A stretch of DNA of 64,000 bases from Octopus sinensis (taxonomy: Eukaryota): NCBI RefSeq assembly GCF_006345805.1, contig NC_043003.1, positions 2,170,001 to 2,234,000 of the forward strand. The letters are read 5' to 3'. Positions 25,290 through 38,552 of the stretch are shown here, one piece after another. Under the pieces are notes generated by a model. That model was not told the origin of the DNA. It worked only from the letters and a program-made list of their open reading frames with translations, and ran no database searches. The stretch's first letter is position 1. The number at the start of each line of letters is the position of its first letter. Both the position numbers and the translations under genes were made by a program.

Positions 25290-26780
25290 GCATTCTGAAA
25301 AAATACTTCCCCTCACTGACCTTTCTTTTCAATGGTTACCCTAAGATCTCACAGCCCTTTCCCACCCCTTTGTAATCCTCATCTGTACACATCACATGTG
25401 TATTACCTGTGTAGTGAGCTCACCCGTACACATCAGCTAACACCTGGTCATTTCTTCAGCTCATTTAGGCTTTACCATTCATGTGGGTTACTGTTACACA
25501 CCCAAAGAATTACGCTTACCTCATCTCTTCCCATCCCTAGTAAAATTTATGCTTCGCACAGTTTCCTTTCCATATGGACTCAGCACTAATTAGAACACTA
25601 TTTAATAGAAACTATCAACTCATAGAATTCGTTAAATGGTTGATTGTCCTATTAATTACACAAGTGCACCAATGACTGAAACTTTCACAGCTTGACCCCT
25701 TAGTTTAAGGACCATGTTTCAAGTGGATCCCTTTTACCTTTCTATCAGTTGATGACACTGTAACGCCAGTCATGGAGGTTATCACATTCCTACACAATCT
25801 TGTTAATTACAGGTGTAACTTCTCTCCCGGTGTTTCAGTAATTATCACTTTTGCATCAGCTGTTTTCTCTGCCTTTGTCTTTTTCAAAAATAGTCCTACT
25901 AACCAACTGTAAATCACCTCAGTAGCTGAGTCCCTTAGGTGATTCCCCTTGGGGCAATCACTATCCCACTGATTCTTGCTCGAAAAATCTCATAATAGGA
26001 CTAACACGGTGTCTATGTTGTAGGGGTCCTTCTTGTTAATGACATTGATTCAAATATAAATGTTTCTTCCTAATTCAACCCTCTCACTATCATCGTACTG
26101 AACCTTCTCTCAGCTTCACTCCTCACTAAATATAAATAATAGTCTGCAGCTGATGAAATGTAATAATGCAGAAACTTGTGTCCTACAATCAGATGACATA
26201 AGCCCAGCTCCATGTCTTTTCACACACATTTTTCATAAGGAGAATTGCTCTTCCAAGACATTCAGTGATTTTAACTCATTCACAGAAACTCAATGTACTG
26301 TACACAACTGTATTTTAATCATCACTGCTTAGTGCAGAGGTCAGGGAACTTTTTTAGCCAATTACCCCCAAATATACTTATTTACGCCGATGTTATCCCC
26401 TTGATTCGAAAGGAAGAAAACCACAAACAACAAAGAACACAGTTTTTATATAATTTTACTTATGTCTAAGGAGTCCTCATTACCTGTAAGAATTTCAGAT
26501 TTACCTCACTTAGGGTAATTTACCCCAGTTTGCTGACCCATAGCTTAGTGTGTCTTTAATTCCAGCTTGACAAAGCTTTGCACACACCAGCAAATTTATT
26601 GTTTGTAGTATACATAACGGCAGTTCTTAGTAAGCTACAATCAAAACATCTGGTGTGTAGCTGATGAAGCATAACAACACAGAAACATGTCCTGTAGTCT
26701 TATAAGTGAGATGATATCCATAGCACAATGGTGTATTTTCAATTATCTAAAAGAAGAATTTCTCTCCCAAGAGTTACTAC
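25290..26780 (+). mobile_element. Decayed Penelope-like element relic (RT thumb and GIY-YIG remnants plus two hammerhead-bearing terminal repeats)
   Basis: SNYHFCISCFLC at about 25837-25872 resembles SNVIYCISC.LC of the GIY-YIG domain. Direct repeats at about 26140-26260 and 26650-26775 each contain CTGATGA...GAAAC...GTC. Confidence 0.55.
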
Positions 26781-27199
26781 AGTGAAAATTTTTCCACATT
26801 TGGGTTTATTCGAATATGTTGAATATTGGGTCGGTGCATAATTATTGTGGCTAGTTTTCAACAAATTTTATTCAAGAAAAACAATAACAATATTTAACAA
26901 AAACATCTTTAAATGACGGTCTGATGGTCTGCCAAGCAAATGGGAAACAGTAATTGAAGTGGATGGTGAATATGCTCCAGAATAATCATTTAAAGATGGT
27001 TTTGTTACATGTTGTTATCGTTTTTGTTGAATAAAATTTGTTGAAAAACAGCCGCAATAATTATGCACCAACCCAATATAAATGCACACATCTTTAATTT
27101 AATCATTGCTGCTTAGTGTGTTTTTAATTAATACCTTGTAGTGCTTTTTCTTGTCCTTTTTCATTAATTACCTCGTCAAAAGTTGAGGGGCCCATCTCC

Positions 27200-27900
27200 C
27201 ATGTCAGTCAGGCAGACTACTTAATGTTCAGTTGGTGGTGATGAAAACCCATCGGAATAAAATAACGTAAGTGGTGAAGGAATTCCAAAACTTTGCAGAT
27301 CAGGAGAACCCTAACTGGACAGACTGTTCCATCTCGGAGGTTTGGTGTAGGGGTGAGAAGAAGAAGGAGGAGGAGGAAGATGAATGGCTGCAGGCAGTGG
27401 AGGAATTGGTTGCTTAAAAAGTAATTGAAGACTCAGAAAGAAGGATCAGTGTGGGTTTAGCAGTAATTCAACAGAGGTGAGTGAGTATTTGGCAAACGGC
27501 TGTGTTGGCCTTCATTTGACAAGTTAAAAGTTGTGAATGTATTTGTATGTTTAGCAACAGCATCACTCGAAATAAGTGAGAAGTGGTACAATGGTGAAGA
27601 ATTGTGAAATCTTGAGAAGAGGCTTTGTCTTTGGTATGCAGATCTGGTAACATCATCAGAGATTGTAATATCCAGGGTTGATTGGAGAAGAAGAAGGAAA
27701 GGCTTTTAGGTGTAAGACTGTCCCTTTGCTAAGAGTGGTGAATGTGACTTTGTGCTACTGCAAGGTACCAGGTGATCAATGGAACCTGCTTACAAGGGGT
27801 CTGTTTAGAGATGCAGGGCACATGTGGTAAAGTGACCAGGATGTATGTGGCTAGGATTACAAGAACAGCATCATGTGAGTGTTCAAGCAAGTTACTATTC
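27200..27900 (-). mobile_element. Old L2/CR1-group LINE 3' relic
   Basis: Decayed reads LDITISDD.., QLLTCQMKA..., SHPYT, WNS resemble the RT C-terminus of L2/Crack/Daphne elements. Confidence 0.5.
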
Positions 27901-27927
27901 TAGTCAGGTAACTCATGACCAAATCTT

Positions 27928-27977
<50 letters not shown>

Positions 27978-30048
27978 AGAGATTCGTTGGCATTTGCTGC
28001 AATGAACAGATTTAGAGAAAATTTTTGATATGATGGAGGCCTATCATAAAATTGTACATCCTGTGGGCGACATGTCCTCCACTTTGCTCTAATGGCAGAC
28101 AATGTGATCGATCTGAGATTGACTGCAATGAACCCAACGTATTACTGAAACATCCCTTCAATGAGAAGATGTTGGAATGGCGCATTTCTGTTTTGGGGGT
28201 AAAACCTTGTCACACTTGAAAGCAAACTGTAGCTGACTTAATTCCAAATGAGTTTTTGTCATTTATCTTCACAAGTGAAGGCCTTGCACACAGAGAAAAG
28301 AAAAAATACACACAGAGTTGTAGGGAGAATGTAATGGAGCTTTGGACAAAGAATGCAATTATCCTGGCTTAATAGAATAGTTTCAAATTTTGGTCAAGGC
28401 CAGCTATTATAGGTGGCATTAGTTACATTGACTGCCACTTATTTTCTGGACCCCGAAAGGAAGAAAGTTAAAGTGGACCTCACTGGTATTTGAACTTAGA
28501 ATGTAAATTGTTGAAAGAAACGCTGCTTAACATTTTGTCCAAAGTCTTATCCTCGCTCAATATAATTCTGTGGTGGTCAAACTGTTTGGCCTGCCATATA
28601 TCATTAACGTTTTATCCTGTGGAAATTTCCAAAAATTGGCAATATTCTGACAAGTAAAAAAATTTATCTAAAAATCAAAGAAATTATTTTTATGTTTTAT
28701 TAATTTTAATAATTTCATAAAATTCTGAGGTGTTTGTGAGAAATTGCATAACACAAACGTGTTGTAAACTCTGCGAGAAGCAAAATGTGTTTCTTAATAC
28801 CACCGGAAACTTAGGAGGTCGAGGTAAAAGAAGGTCTGCAGATATTTACTGAAATACTCGCACAACAAATTCTTCACCTGCCACAAAACAAAACCTTTGA
28901 CTCTTGTAAAGCCAATGGCCCCACTGCCTTTCAGTGGACCTACAAATTATGTCAGAAATGGCTATTTTTTGCTGTGTTACGTTTGATCTGGAGAGAAGAG
29001 GTGAAACAGAAAATGTGGACCTTGCTACACTCCAACATCATATTGGTCTCTTATTCCTGCGGTTACAGATTTGTTCTCTCTCAATGGAAAGAATGAAAAG
29101 ACCCTGTGAAATTTGTAAGGCTTTCATTTCAAAAGACTTATTTCTAATTCAAACTGAACTGCCAAAAATAATACAGATGCTATTGGATTAGTTTGTTAAA
29201 TACTTAAAATTGACATAAAAATAGCCGTCAAAGTTATGGAAGCACAAACTCTTGGCGTCTAATTCCAAAAGGTAAACCTGTTATTTGACAAAGTGTTATT
29301 CTGAAATAGTTTAACAAGTATTGGTGGAAGAATGAGTCTCTCCTAAAAAAGGGTGAGTTAATATTTTACGATGTGGCAGTAACATGAAGTCGCATCTCAC
29401 GTTTCACTCGACACATGAATTAATCAAGTTCATTTTCAACCTATCAGCATGTTGCTGTATCAACAGGTATACATAATCAACAGGTATACATAATCACTGA
29501 CAAAGTCCTGCTGCTCTGAGTCATATACATTGCTTTACACAGAACAAGGCTCATTCTACAGAGACCACAGTCAAACGCCATACACAACTCTTCTATACAG
29601 TGTTGTTCTTTTATACAAAATGTTGGTGTACACACAATTTTCAACCCAAGTGACCTGATTTTGCACATGCTGTCTAGAACAGAACATGGCTCGGTGGAGG
29701 TAAAGAATACTCACACCAACTGTTTTCGGCATAACGAAAACCCTAACTCCTAAACATTGGGTGTGCGTATTCTTTTCTTTCGCCCATTTTATACATTGTC
29801 GCTTAAAGCACAAATCTTTCTACTCATTAGAAAATTAGTAATTTTAAAACTCACAATACGAGATATTCAGCAACAGTACTTTGGAGTAAAGATTATTTTC
29901 CAACATAACATGGCAGTCCTGGTTTAGGATGAATGTTGTTGTAATTTAGCCCCAAAAGACATTATCTCCAGCTGGTTATAAGACACAATCTGTGTCCTTA
30001 CATTTTCGAACAAAGTAATCTAGCACCCCCACTCAGCTCAAAACAATA

Positions 30049-30093
30049 TCTGTGTATTGTGATTTCTGGGCTATTTCCCTTCATCAGCACAGA
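30049..30093 (-). ncRNA. Minimal type I hammerhead ribozyme-like motif
   Basis: TCTGTG-CTGATGA-A-GGG-AAATAG-CCC-A-GAAA-TCACAA-TA-CACAGA. Perfect 6-bp stem I, AUA triplet. TCACAA is what CpG decay of the palindrome TCGCGA would give. Confidence 0.65.
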
Positions 30094-31914
30094 ATAATTG
30101 TTTGGCTAGAGGTTTTCTACACATCTGAACAAACCATTGCATATATGTTGTTACACGGAGAAAAGAAATTCACCACCTGACAGTTAGCCTTTGCTTAAAA
30201 GGTATCACAACCACATTTATATACCAATGTACATACTTATATACTCACTTTTATATAAACACACACACAGATATATATTTATACAGATTCACTTGGATGG
30301 ACATGTATATGCTGCACAGAATCACCTGCATTGACAAACACAAGTACAGACACACACACACACACATATGAATGGTCCTCAATCTATTTTAACTTTGAGA
30401 TACTGGACATCTATTGGTAGATCAATGTTTGCAGGAAAAAATGTGTGTGTGGGTGGGGGTTAATGCAGGAGAGATGGATGAGATGGGTAAACCTAGGTGA
30501 TGAGGATATGCAGCAGCTAGTTAGTTCAAAGGAGCAAAGACTTTACAGCAGTAATGACAGAGACAGACAGACAGACAGGTGACATCTGGGAGTGAAGTGT
30601 GTCAGCAAGTGAAACTTTACAAATCAATCACATGACGGTGAGCCATCATGTGACCTTGAAATAAATTCAATAGATTTTTAGAAAGCGAATACAAGTTGAT
30701 ACAAGGGTCCTGTAGCATCCATTCGAGGCACTCTCTACTTGAGAATTTGAACATCTATCATGCTGAAAGTTTTAACAATGGAATGGTTAAGACAGTTAAG
30801 AGGCTGGCAATTAAAACTGTTAAAATGAATCTTTTCAAAGCAACATCAACATAATAAACCAACCAAAAATTAGACAAGAAGTCCATTGCGTGAATTCTTC
30901 AGATGAGACAAAACAAAAAACATTGCGGTAAACAAATGGAAAAAAAACACTGATAGAACAAACTTGGAATGGAGCAAGATCTGTAACGACTGCTTTTAAG
31001 ATGATTTTCTAATGGTTTACATTTAAAAAAAACCTTTCGCACAACATTTACTTGCCCCTAATAGAGACCTTAATGATTACCACAACAGCAGCACAGGGAG
31101 AACTTTTATATAAGAATATCTGAAATATTTATATAAATTTGCAAATGACATTTCTAATTCATACCAAACTGCCCAAAGTAATACAAATCGAACTAATTTA
31201 GTTCGTTAAAAACTTAGAATCGAATGAAAATAGTTACTAATCATCATCATCATCGTTTAATGGCCATTCTCTTTATGTTGGCACGAGTTGGACGGTCTGA
31301 CTGGAGACTGGCAAGCCAGGGGGCTGCACCAAGCTCCAATCTGATCTGGCAAGGTTTCTACAGCTGGATGTCCTTCCTAACACCAACCACTCCGAGAGTG
31401 TAGTGGGTGCCTTTTACGTGCCACTGGGGAGACAGTCAGGCGGCACTGGCATAAACTCTTGGATACTAATTCCAACAGGTAAGTCTGTTATTTGACAATA
31501 TGTTATTCATGGTCCAGCTCCTGCTAGCATGGGAAATTGATGTTAAGTGATGATGATGATGATGATAAAATGGAATCTATTTCAAAAACCTATTCCACTC
31601 ACATCACAAAAATATTGGGGCATCATATGTCACAGACATAATTTCATAGAATTCACAATAGCAGGTGAAAGTAACAACTGACTAACATTGTTTTTGATAC
31701 ACAAGAGAAATGAGGAAAAAAAAAAATGATTTGAGAGTTGAAAGCCACTAAATGAATGAAAAGTCAAGAAAAATTTATCTGGACCAAGAAAACGAAAAGA
31801 AATGTACCAATTGAAAAGTATATGGTCAGTGTACTACTGAAGACAACCTGTATCAACTGGTGGGGCTGGGCCAAGCAGTTAAGAATTTACAGGGTTATAT
31901 AAGCAATCCACCGT

Positions 31915-32210
31915 TAGTTTGATTTGTTCTGTATCAGTCCCAATCCTGCAGGTTACCTTCTGTACAGCACTGATCACCTCCTGTATTTCCAGAACAGTCT
32001 CTGTCACCTCAACAGCTCTTCTCACTCTCCATTTCCCTCCTGTCCACCTTATTCCCTGCACTCTACGGACAACGAGTTCCAATGAATCTCACCACATCAT
32101 GTGGCAGTGGGACTTTCTTACTTTAAATGCCTCCCCTGGCAATACTAAAGGCAATTGGAGATTTCACAGAGAGCAAGCCAACCCCATGCCATTTTACTAG
32201 CAAGCTCTTC
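31915..32210 (-). mobile_element. Relic of an R2-superfamily (Hero-like) non-LTR retrotransposon
   Basis: GEAFKVRKSHCHMMW*DSLELVVRRVQGIRWTGGKWRVRRAVEVTETVLEIQEVISAVQ resembles the EEFKV.KARLHMML.DS.D.V.R.VQP..RTG.KW...AV.EAE..L...EI.GA.Q post-RT segment I recall for that group. Confidence 0.45.
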
Positions 32211-32521
32211 CATTCTCTTCCCTAACATGGTATTCACGGAAAAGACTCTATTGGTAACATCTGCAACCATTTGTGCAAGCTTGGGTGAAATAAAATGTTA
32301 GTTTGAGGGTAACGATGGAGTATGGTATGTAATAGGGGTTTCCAACCCTTTTATTTAAATGAGTTTTCCCACAGACCCCTTTGAATATGCTTATCCCTAT
32401 ATATATATAGAGAGAGAGAGAGAAATTCGGGGTGAGTACTTGATAATTGTAAGCACCTGTATATACCGTTTGGTGGTGTAGGTGGTGGAGTAAATTAATC
32501 AAAATAAAAACATGATGCCAA

Positions 32522-32564
<43 letters not shown>

Positions 32565-32571
<7 letters not shown>

Positions 32572-32860
32572 TGGTAAGTAGCTCGGGTTCAATCCCACTG
32601 CCTGGTACCTTGGGCAAGTGTCTTCTACTATAGCCTCAAGCCAACCAAAGCTTTGTGAGAGGATTTTGTCCCCACCACCATCGCTTGACAACTGATGTTG
32701 GTGTGCTTATGTACCCGTAACTTAGCGGTTCAGCAAAAGAGACTGATAGAATAAGTACTAGGCTTACAAAGAATAAGTCCTGTGGTCGATTTGCTCGACT
32801 AAAGGCAGTGCTCCAGCATGGCCACAGTCAAATGATTGAAAGAAGTAAAAGAGTAAAGAG
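32565..32860 (+). mobile_element. SINE family A with an internal deletion
   Basis: Head, CORE-like box and tail are present; the middle is missing. Confidence 0.8.
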
Positions 32861-33544
32861 GGTGTATCCCCCCCCACACCATCTATACCCTTCTACTGGT
32901 ACTACGCCTCCCACCATCACTATGTCCCAGTAATGACAGATCTGCTGGTATCAGATCCAGCCACCCACCCCCATTTACACTACACCACTCACCCTCACTC
33001 AGGTCAATCCTTTGACATAAATCATAGTCTTACCATGGACTTCTATCACTCACTCCCTTGCTCCCTCTCTCGCTCCCTTTGTCTCATTCTCGTTATCTCT
33101 CCCCTCTCTCTCTCTCACCAGCACACAGCTGCTGACACTATCTCCTACTCTTTTCTCCTATTACTACTTCTCTCTCTCTCTCTCCCTCCTTCTTTCATTA
33201 CACCCTGCCACAACCATTTCACTTCATTACTCCTACCACCGTTTCTACCCTTTGCTCCTCCTCTTCAACACACTCACACCACCACTCAGTTTCCTCCTTC
33301 ATATTGTTCTACTCTCACTCATTCCTCTTATTTCCTCTTTAATCAGTGAAGAAAACTATAAAGAAGGGGGGGGGTCTTTAAAAAAAATTTTTTAGGAACA
33401 AAAAAAATATAAATAAATAAAAAACCACCCAAAATCTGAAGATAATTCTTAACTTTGTAAATGATTAGGGGACACAGGGGGGAGCAGGGGCGGGGGGAGG
33501 CAGAACATGACAGGGAATGGAGACCGAATGAAACATTGATAACA

Positions 33545-33810
33545 TATTACTCTTTACCTGTTTCAGTCATTTGACTGCGGCCATGCTGGAGCACCGCCTT
33601 TAGTCGAGCAAATCGACCCCAGGACTTATTCTTTGTAAGCCCAGTACTTATTCTATTGGTCTCTTTTTGCCGAACCGCTAAGTGACGGGGACGTAAACAC
33701 ACCAGCATCGGTTGTCAAGCAATGCTAGGGGGACAAATACAGACACACAAACACACACACACATATATATATATATACATATACGACAGGCTTCTTGCAG
33801 TTTCCGTCTA
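33545..33810 (-). mobile_element. SINE family A, 3' half, young
   Basis: Near-identical reverse complement of 37260-37545. Confidence 0.85.
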
Positions 33811-35764
33811 CATGCAATTTAAATTTCAATAAGCAATAATGAGAAGTTGGATGAGAGAGAGAGAGAGAGAGAGCGAGTGTGTGTGTGTGTGTGTGTGTGT
33901 GTAACTGGCACCCAGTTATGACAAGCGTTCCAGTCGGTTTGATCAATGGAACAGCCTGCTCATGCAAGTGGTGAGGACTCCACAGACATGTGTGCCCGTA
34001 ATATCGTTCTCAAAGAGATTCAGTGTAACACAGAGTGTGACAAGGCTGGGCCCTTTGAATTACTGGTACTACTCCTTCTTGCCAGCTGAGAGGACGGGAG
34101 CAACGTGTCTTGCTCAAGGACATAATGTGCCATCAGGAATTGAACTCACAACCTTACTATCACGAGGAGAATATCCTAACCACTAAGCCATGCATTTCTG
34201 TATGCATGTGTGTACAGACACACACACACACACACACACCACACACACACACACACACAGAGTCAAGTCACATCAGAACAATTAATGGAAAAAGACAAAG
34301 AACAAATAAACATGGAAACCCTCTCCTCAGCCATGGAGGCCAGACTGCAACTGCAGTTTCGGTGCGTCTAACGTCTGAAGACTATAAATTCCGTGTTACT
34401 GCTCGTCTGGTAGGATGGAAAATTACAGCTAGAACCAATTAATACAACAACAAAAGATCTATCTATCTATCTATGAATGCATGCACACACACACACAAAC
34501 AAACACAGAGGCATTGGTCTGTCAAAAGGTATCATATCAAAGAATAACAATGTAGAAATGTAAACGAAATTTGTAAAAATCTATAAATGTAAAAGTTTAA
34601 TCGGTTTTAATTATAAGACTGAAAACAAAACAGGATGAAATAATTATGTTATGAAATATTTAAAACAATGTGATTATGTCAATAGCATGCAAGGAAACGA
34701 AGAAAACTCATTAAATTGAAATGTTAACGAAAGTTATTGAAATAACAAATTTTTATTGATAATATAAAAATTGCAAAAACTTTGAGTTAAAAACTCATTA
34801 TGTAATTAAGGTCATATAAAAGCTCATTATGAATTAAGGTAATAATTAACAACAAACACAGAAACTGGAAAAAATGTCTGGGAAAATATTTTGAATTTAT
34901 TGAAGAACAACTCCAATAATTGTGGAAGACGGCATTTTTTGTCACATGATGATGGAAGCAACAATCACATCGTTCAATAAGAACAACAATGAAATGAAGC
35001 AGCTAATTGAGAGTAAAAGAGCAGTTTTTTTCATGCTTACCAAAATGATAAGAATAAAGAGAAGAAAAGGAAAGTTTGCAGTCCGAATAACAAAGACAAA
35101 AACTCATGCAATAAAGAACCAATGGAAGCAGACGGAAGCAGCCGTAATCGAGAAAAAGAGCAGAGATGCCATGGTATGGAGACTTGGAGAGATTTCTTCA
35201 GCAGCACTGAAGTAATTCATAGTTCTAGTTTAACAATTCCAACTGATCAAAAGATGGTACAAAACTTCTCAAAGAACAAATGGGTGTCAACACCCGACAC
35301 AAAGAACATTTCAGGGTTTTTGATCTATTGTGACTGTATTTTCTATGATCGTATCTAGAGATCTTTCATTGGTGGCACAAATAACGGACAACTGACATTT
35401 TTGGGTGAGGAAAACAGGAAAAAGAGAAAAACCATCAAGGAAACAAGATTTGATGGGATTCTGGAAGAAATTTGTAAATTCAAGCAGGAAACACCATCCA
35501 CAAAGTTCCTTGTATGGTTTCTGCTAAAGATACCAGCTCCGAAATGAGAACCAACAGTAAAAGAGCCTTAATGCATTTTTAGGACTTCAGGTAGCAAAAG
35601 GTTTCTCCTCTGTGCAAAGATTAGCGGCCATTATGAAGTACGGCTAACGAAGCAATTGAGGCATGGTTGTTTATTGATCATTTTTAATAGCTGAAGAATT
35701 AATTTGCAAGAAAGGCTGAATGTAAGCAATTTACAGTGACTTAATAATTGAATGACTGATGTCA

Positions 35765-35818
<54 letters not shown>

Positions 35819-36408
35819 CATGGCATCGGTTGTGGACACATCTTGAGTGTAAGTGTTGTATAAATGTAAATGTTTCCCCTGGACATTTAACCACCTCTTT
35901 ATTCCAGGACTTTTAAAGTCTCATCTCTTTGGTTTGTAAGTAATAAATTTTCCACTAGTCTCAACCAATGTACCCAGATTATCTTCTACCTATTTCCAAC
36001 AATTAAATGAACGGAAACAGAGGGGGAGAGTAATGTGTTTGGTCCACAACTACACAAGGAACCAGAGTCGAAACTTCATTTGGAACTACGAGTTGAGACC
36101 AAAACGATTCTTAGAAATGCGAAACCTTTTCACTGTCAAAACAGACAAAAAGAAAGATTGGGAAAAACTGACTGAAATAAGAGGAAAATGATCAGAATAT
36201 AAGAAAATGTGTAACAGAGAGACATTCAACGGAGGAGCCATGTCAGCATTGCAATAATTTTGTAAATGAGAGGAAATGTCTGGGATTTCTTCTGACAAGA
36301 ATTCTTTATCTCTGTTACATTAGACACAGAAAATTTTCCATAAACAATTAAAAAAAAGAAACAAACAACAATAAAACAAAACACGTGTTAAGAAACTAAT
36401 AACAGGAA

Positions 36409-36445
<37 letters not shown>

Positions 36446-36469
36446 AACACACACAAGTATTTCTTTTAT

Positions 36470-36835
36470 TCTTTTAATCTTTCAGTCATTTGACTGTGGC
36501 CATGCTGGAGCACTGCCTTCTGTTGAAGAAATCAACCCCAGGACTTATACTTAGTAAGCCTAGTACTTATTCTATCAATCTCTTGTACCAAACTGCTAAG
36601 CTACAGGGATGTAAACACACCAACATCGGTTTTCAAGCAATGGTGGAGAGACAAAAACAGACATGTAAATATATATATGTGTATATGATGGGCTTCTTTC
36701 AGTTTCCATCTACCAAATCCACTCACAGGGCTTTGGTCGGCCTAAGGCTATAGTAGAAGACACTTGCCAAAGGTACCACACAGTGGGACTGAACCCAGAA
36801 CCATGTGTTGGGGAGCAAGCTTCTTACCACATGTG
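36470..36835 (-). mobile_element. SINE family A
   Basis: Reverse-complement match to the family A motifs (tail, CORE-like box, head). Confidence 0.82.
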
Positions 36836-37129
36836 AAGGCACATGGCCTAGTGGTTAGGGTGTTGCACTCACGATTGTGGGATCATGGGTTCAATTCCCA
36901 GAGCGGGCGTTGCATTGTGTTCTTGTGCAAAGCACTTCATTTCATGCTGTTCCGTGATCATATCAACATCTGACATGTCGCATATGGTGCACCTGTACAG
37001 GTAATGTCGTCAATTTGATGGAGGGAGGGAGCTTATGTGTACACAAACATTCAACCACTATAAACAAATCCTCTGTGTGGGTGTTCGATAAGAAATTGCC
37101 AAACCCTCTTACATCGTCTAACAACATAG

Positions 37130-37643
<514 letters not shown>

Positions 37644-37710
37644 CGGAGTAAGCACATAAATGTGAAACAAGGTGGAAAAAAAGAGTACTCAAATACCAGA
37701 GGTAGAGTAA

Positions 37711-37853
37711 TATGCTTTATTTAAAAGCAGCAGAAATATAACAAAAGCTGTTACTCGGAGTCTCACGTTCCCGTTCGTCGGACAGTTCTGACGAACGGAA
37801 ACGTGAAACTCCGAGTAGCAACTTTTGTTATATTTCTGCTGCTTTTAAATAAA

Positions 37854-37858
<5 letters not shown>
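37711..37858. repeat. 69-bp-arm hairpin whose arms carry a hammerhead-like motif, inside an element at about 37642-37858 flanked by TA repeats
   Basis: 37711-37779 is the reverse complement of 37790-37858 with few mismatches and a 10-nt loop. The + strand reads CTGACGA-ACG-GAAA-CGT-GAAAC-TCCGA-GTA at 37788-37817. Confidence 0.85.
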
Positions 37859-37899
<41 letters not shown>

Positions 37900-37901
<2 letters not shown>

Positions 37902-38285
37902 TTACTTGTTTCAATCATTTGAGTGTGGCCATGCTGGAGCAGCGCCTTTAGTTGAACAAACTGATCCCAGCACTTATTCTTTGTAAGCCTAGTACTCATT
38001 CTGTCAGTCTCTGTTGCCAAACCACTAAGTTATGGGGATGTAAACACACCAATATTGGTTGTCAAATGATGGTGGGGAAACAAACACAGACATACAAACA
38101 CACACATACATATATATACTTATATATACATGATGGGCTTCTTTCAGTTTCCATCTACCAAATCCACTTGCAAGGCTTTGGTTGGCCCAAGGCTATAATA
38201 GAAGACACTTGTTCAAGATGCCACGCAATGGGACTGAACTGGGAACCATGTGGTTGGGAAGCAAGCTTCTTACCACACAGCCACG
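37900..38285 (-). mobile_element. SINE family A
   Basis: Reverse-complement match; tail-to-tail with 37130-37545. Confidence 0.82.
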
Positions 38286-38325
38286 TCTATATATTGAAAC
38301 AAAAAGTACAAGAATATGTCTTAAC

Positions 38326-38552
38326 CCATTAATTTCCACTGTCCTATAAATAGGACACTAAATGAGAACCTTAAAATAAGCTGTAATCACATTGTCCCAG
38401 TGTCCTATTTATAGGACACCGAGTATTTCCATTTCTACTTGAAGTAAAGGAGTTTTAATAATTATTTTTTTCATTTTAACCTATTTTCAATCATCTGTAA
38501 AAGATTTAAAATAATATTCAGAAAGTTAAGTACTCTGGGACTTAATGGGTTG
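38326..38552. mobile_element. piggyBac-like MITE with internal palindromes
   Basis: TTAA-CCCATTAA ... TTAATGGG-TTGA ends. Internal gtcctataaataggac and gtgtcctatttataggacac inverted motifs. Confidence 0.55.

Noticed and set aside
28215-28282. Candidate extra MICAL-like exon behind a strong polypyrimidine tract
   Set aside because: Weak donor, phase could not be confirmed, and no protein similarity.
28930-29200. Possible Tc1/mariner transposase C-terminal remnant
   Set aside because: Similarity is too faint and no terminal repeats were found.
29571-29813. Open minus-strand frame ending at a GTGAGT donor-like site
   Set aside because: Poor acceptor, no homology, and it lies in apparently repeat-derived sequence.
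34922-35620. ORF fragments in a less AT-rich block
   Set aside because: Multiple stops in all frames. Probably an old retroelement relic, but I cannot assign a family.
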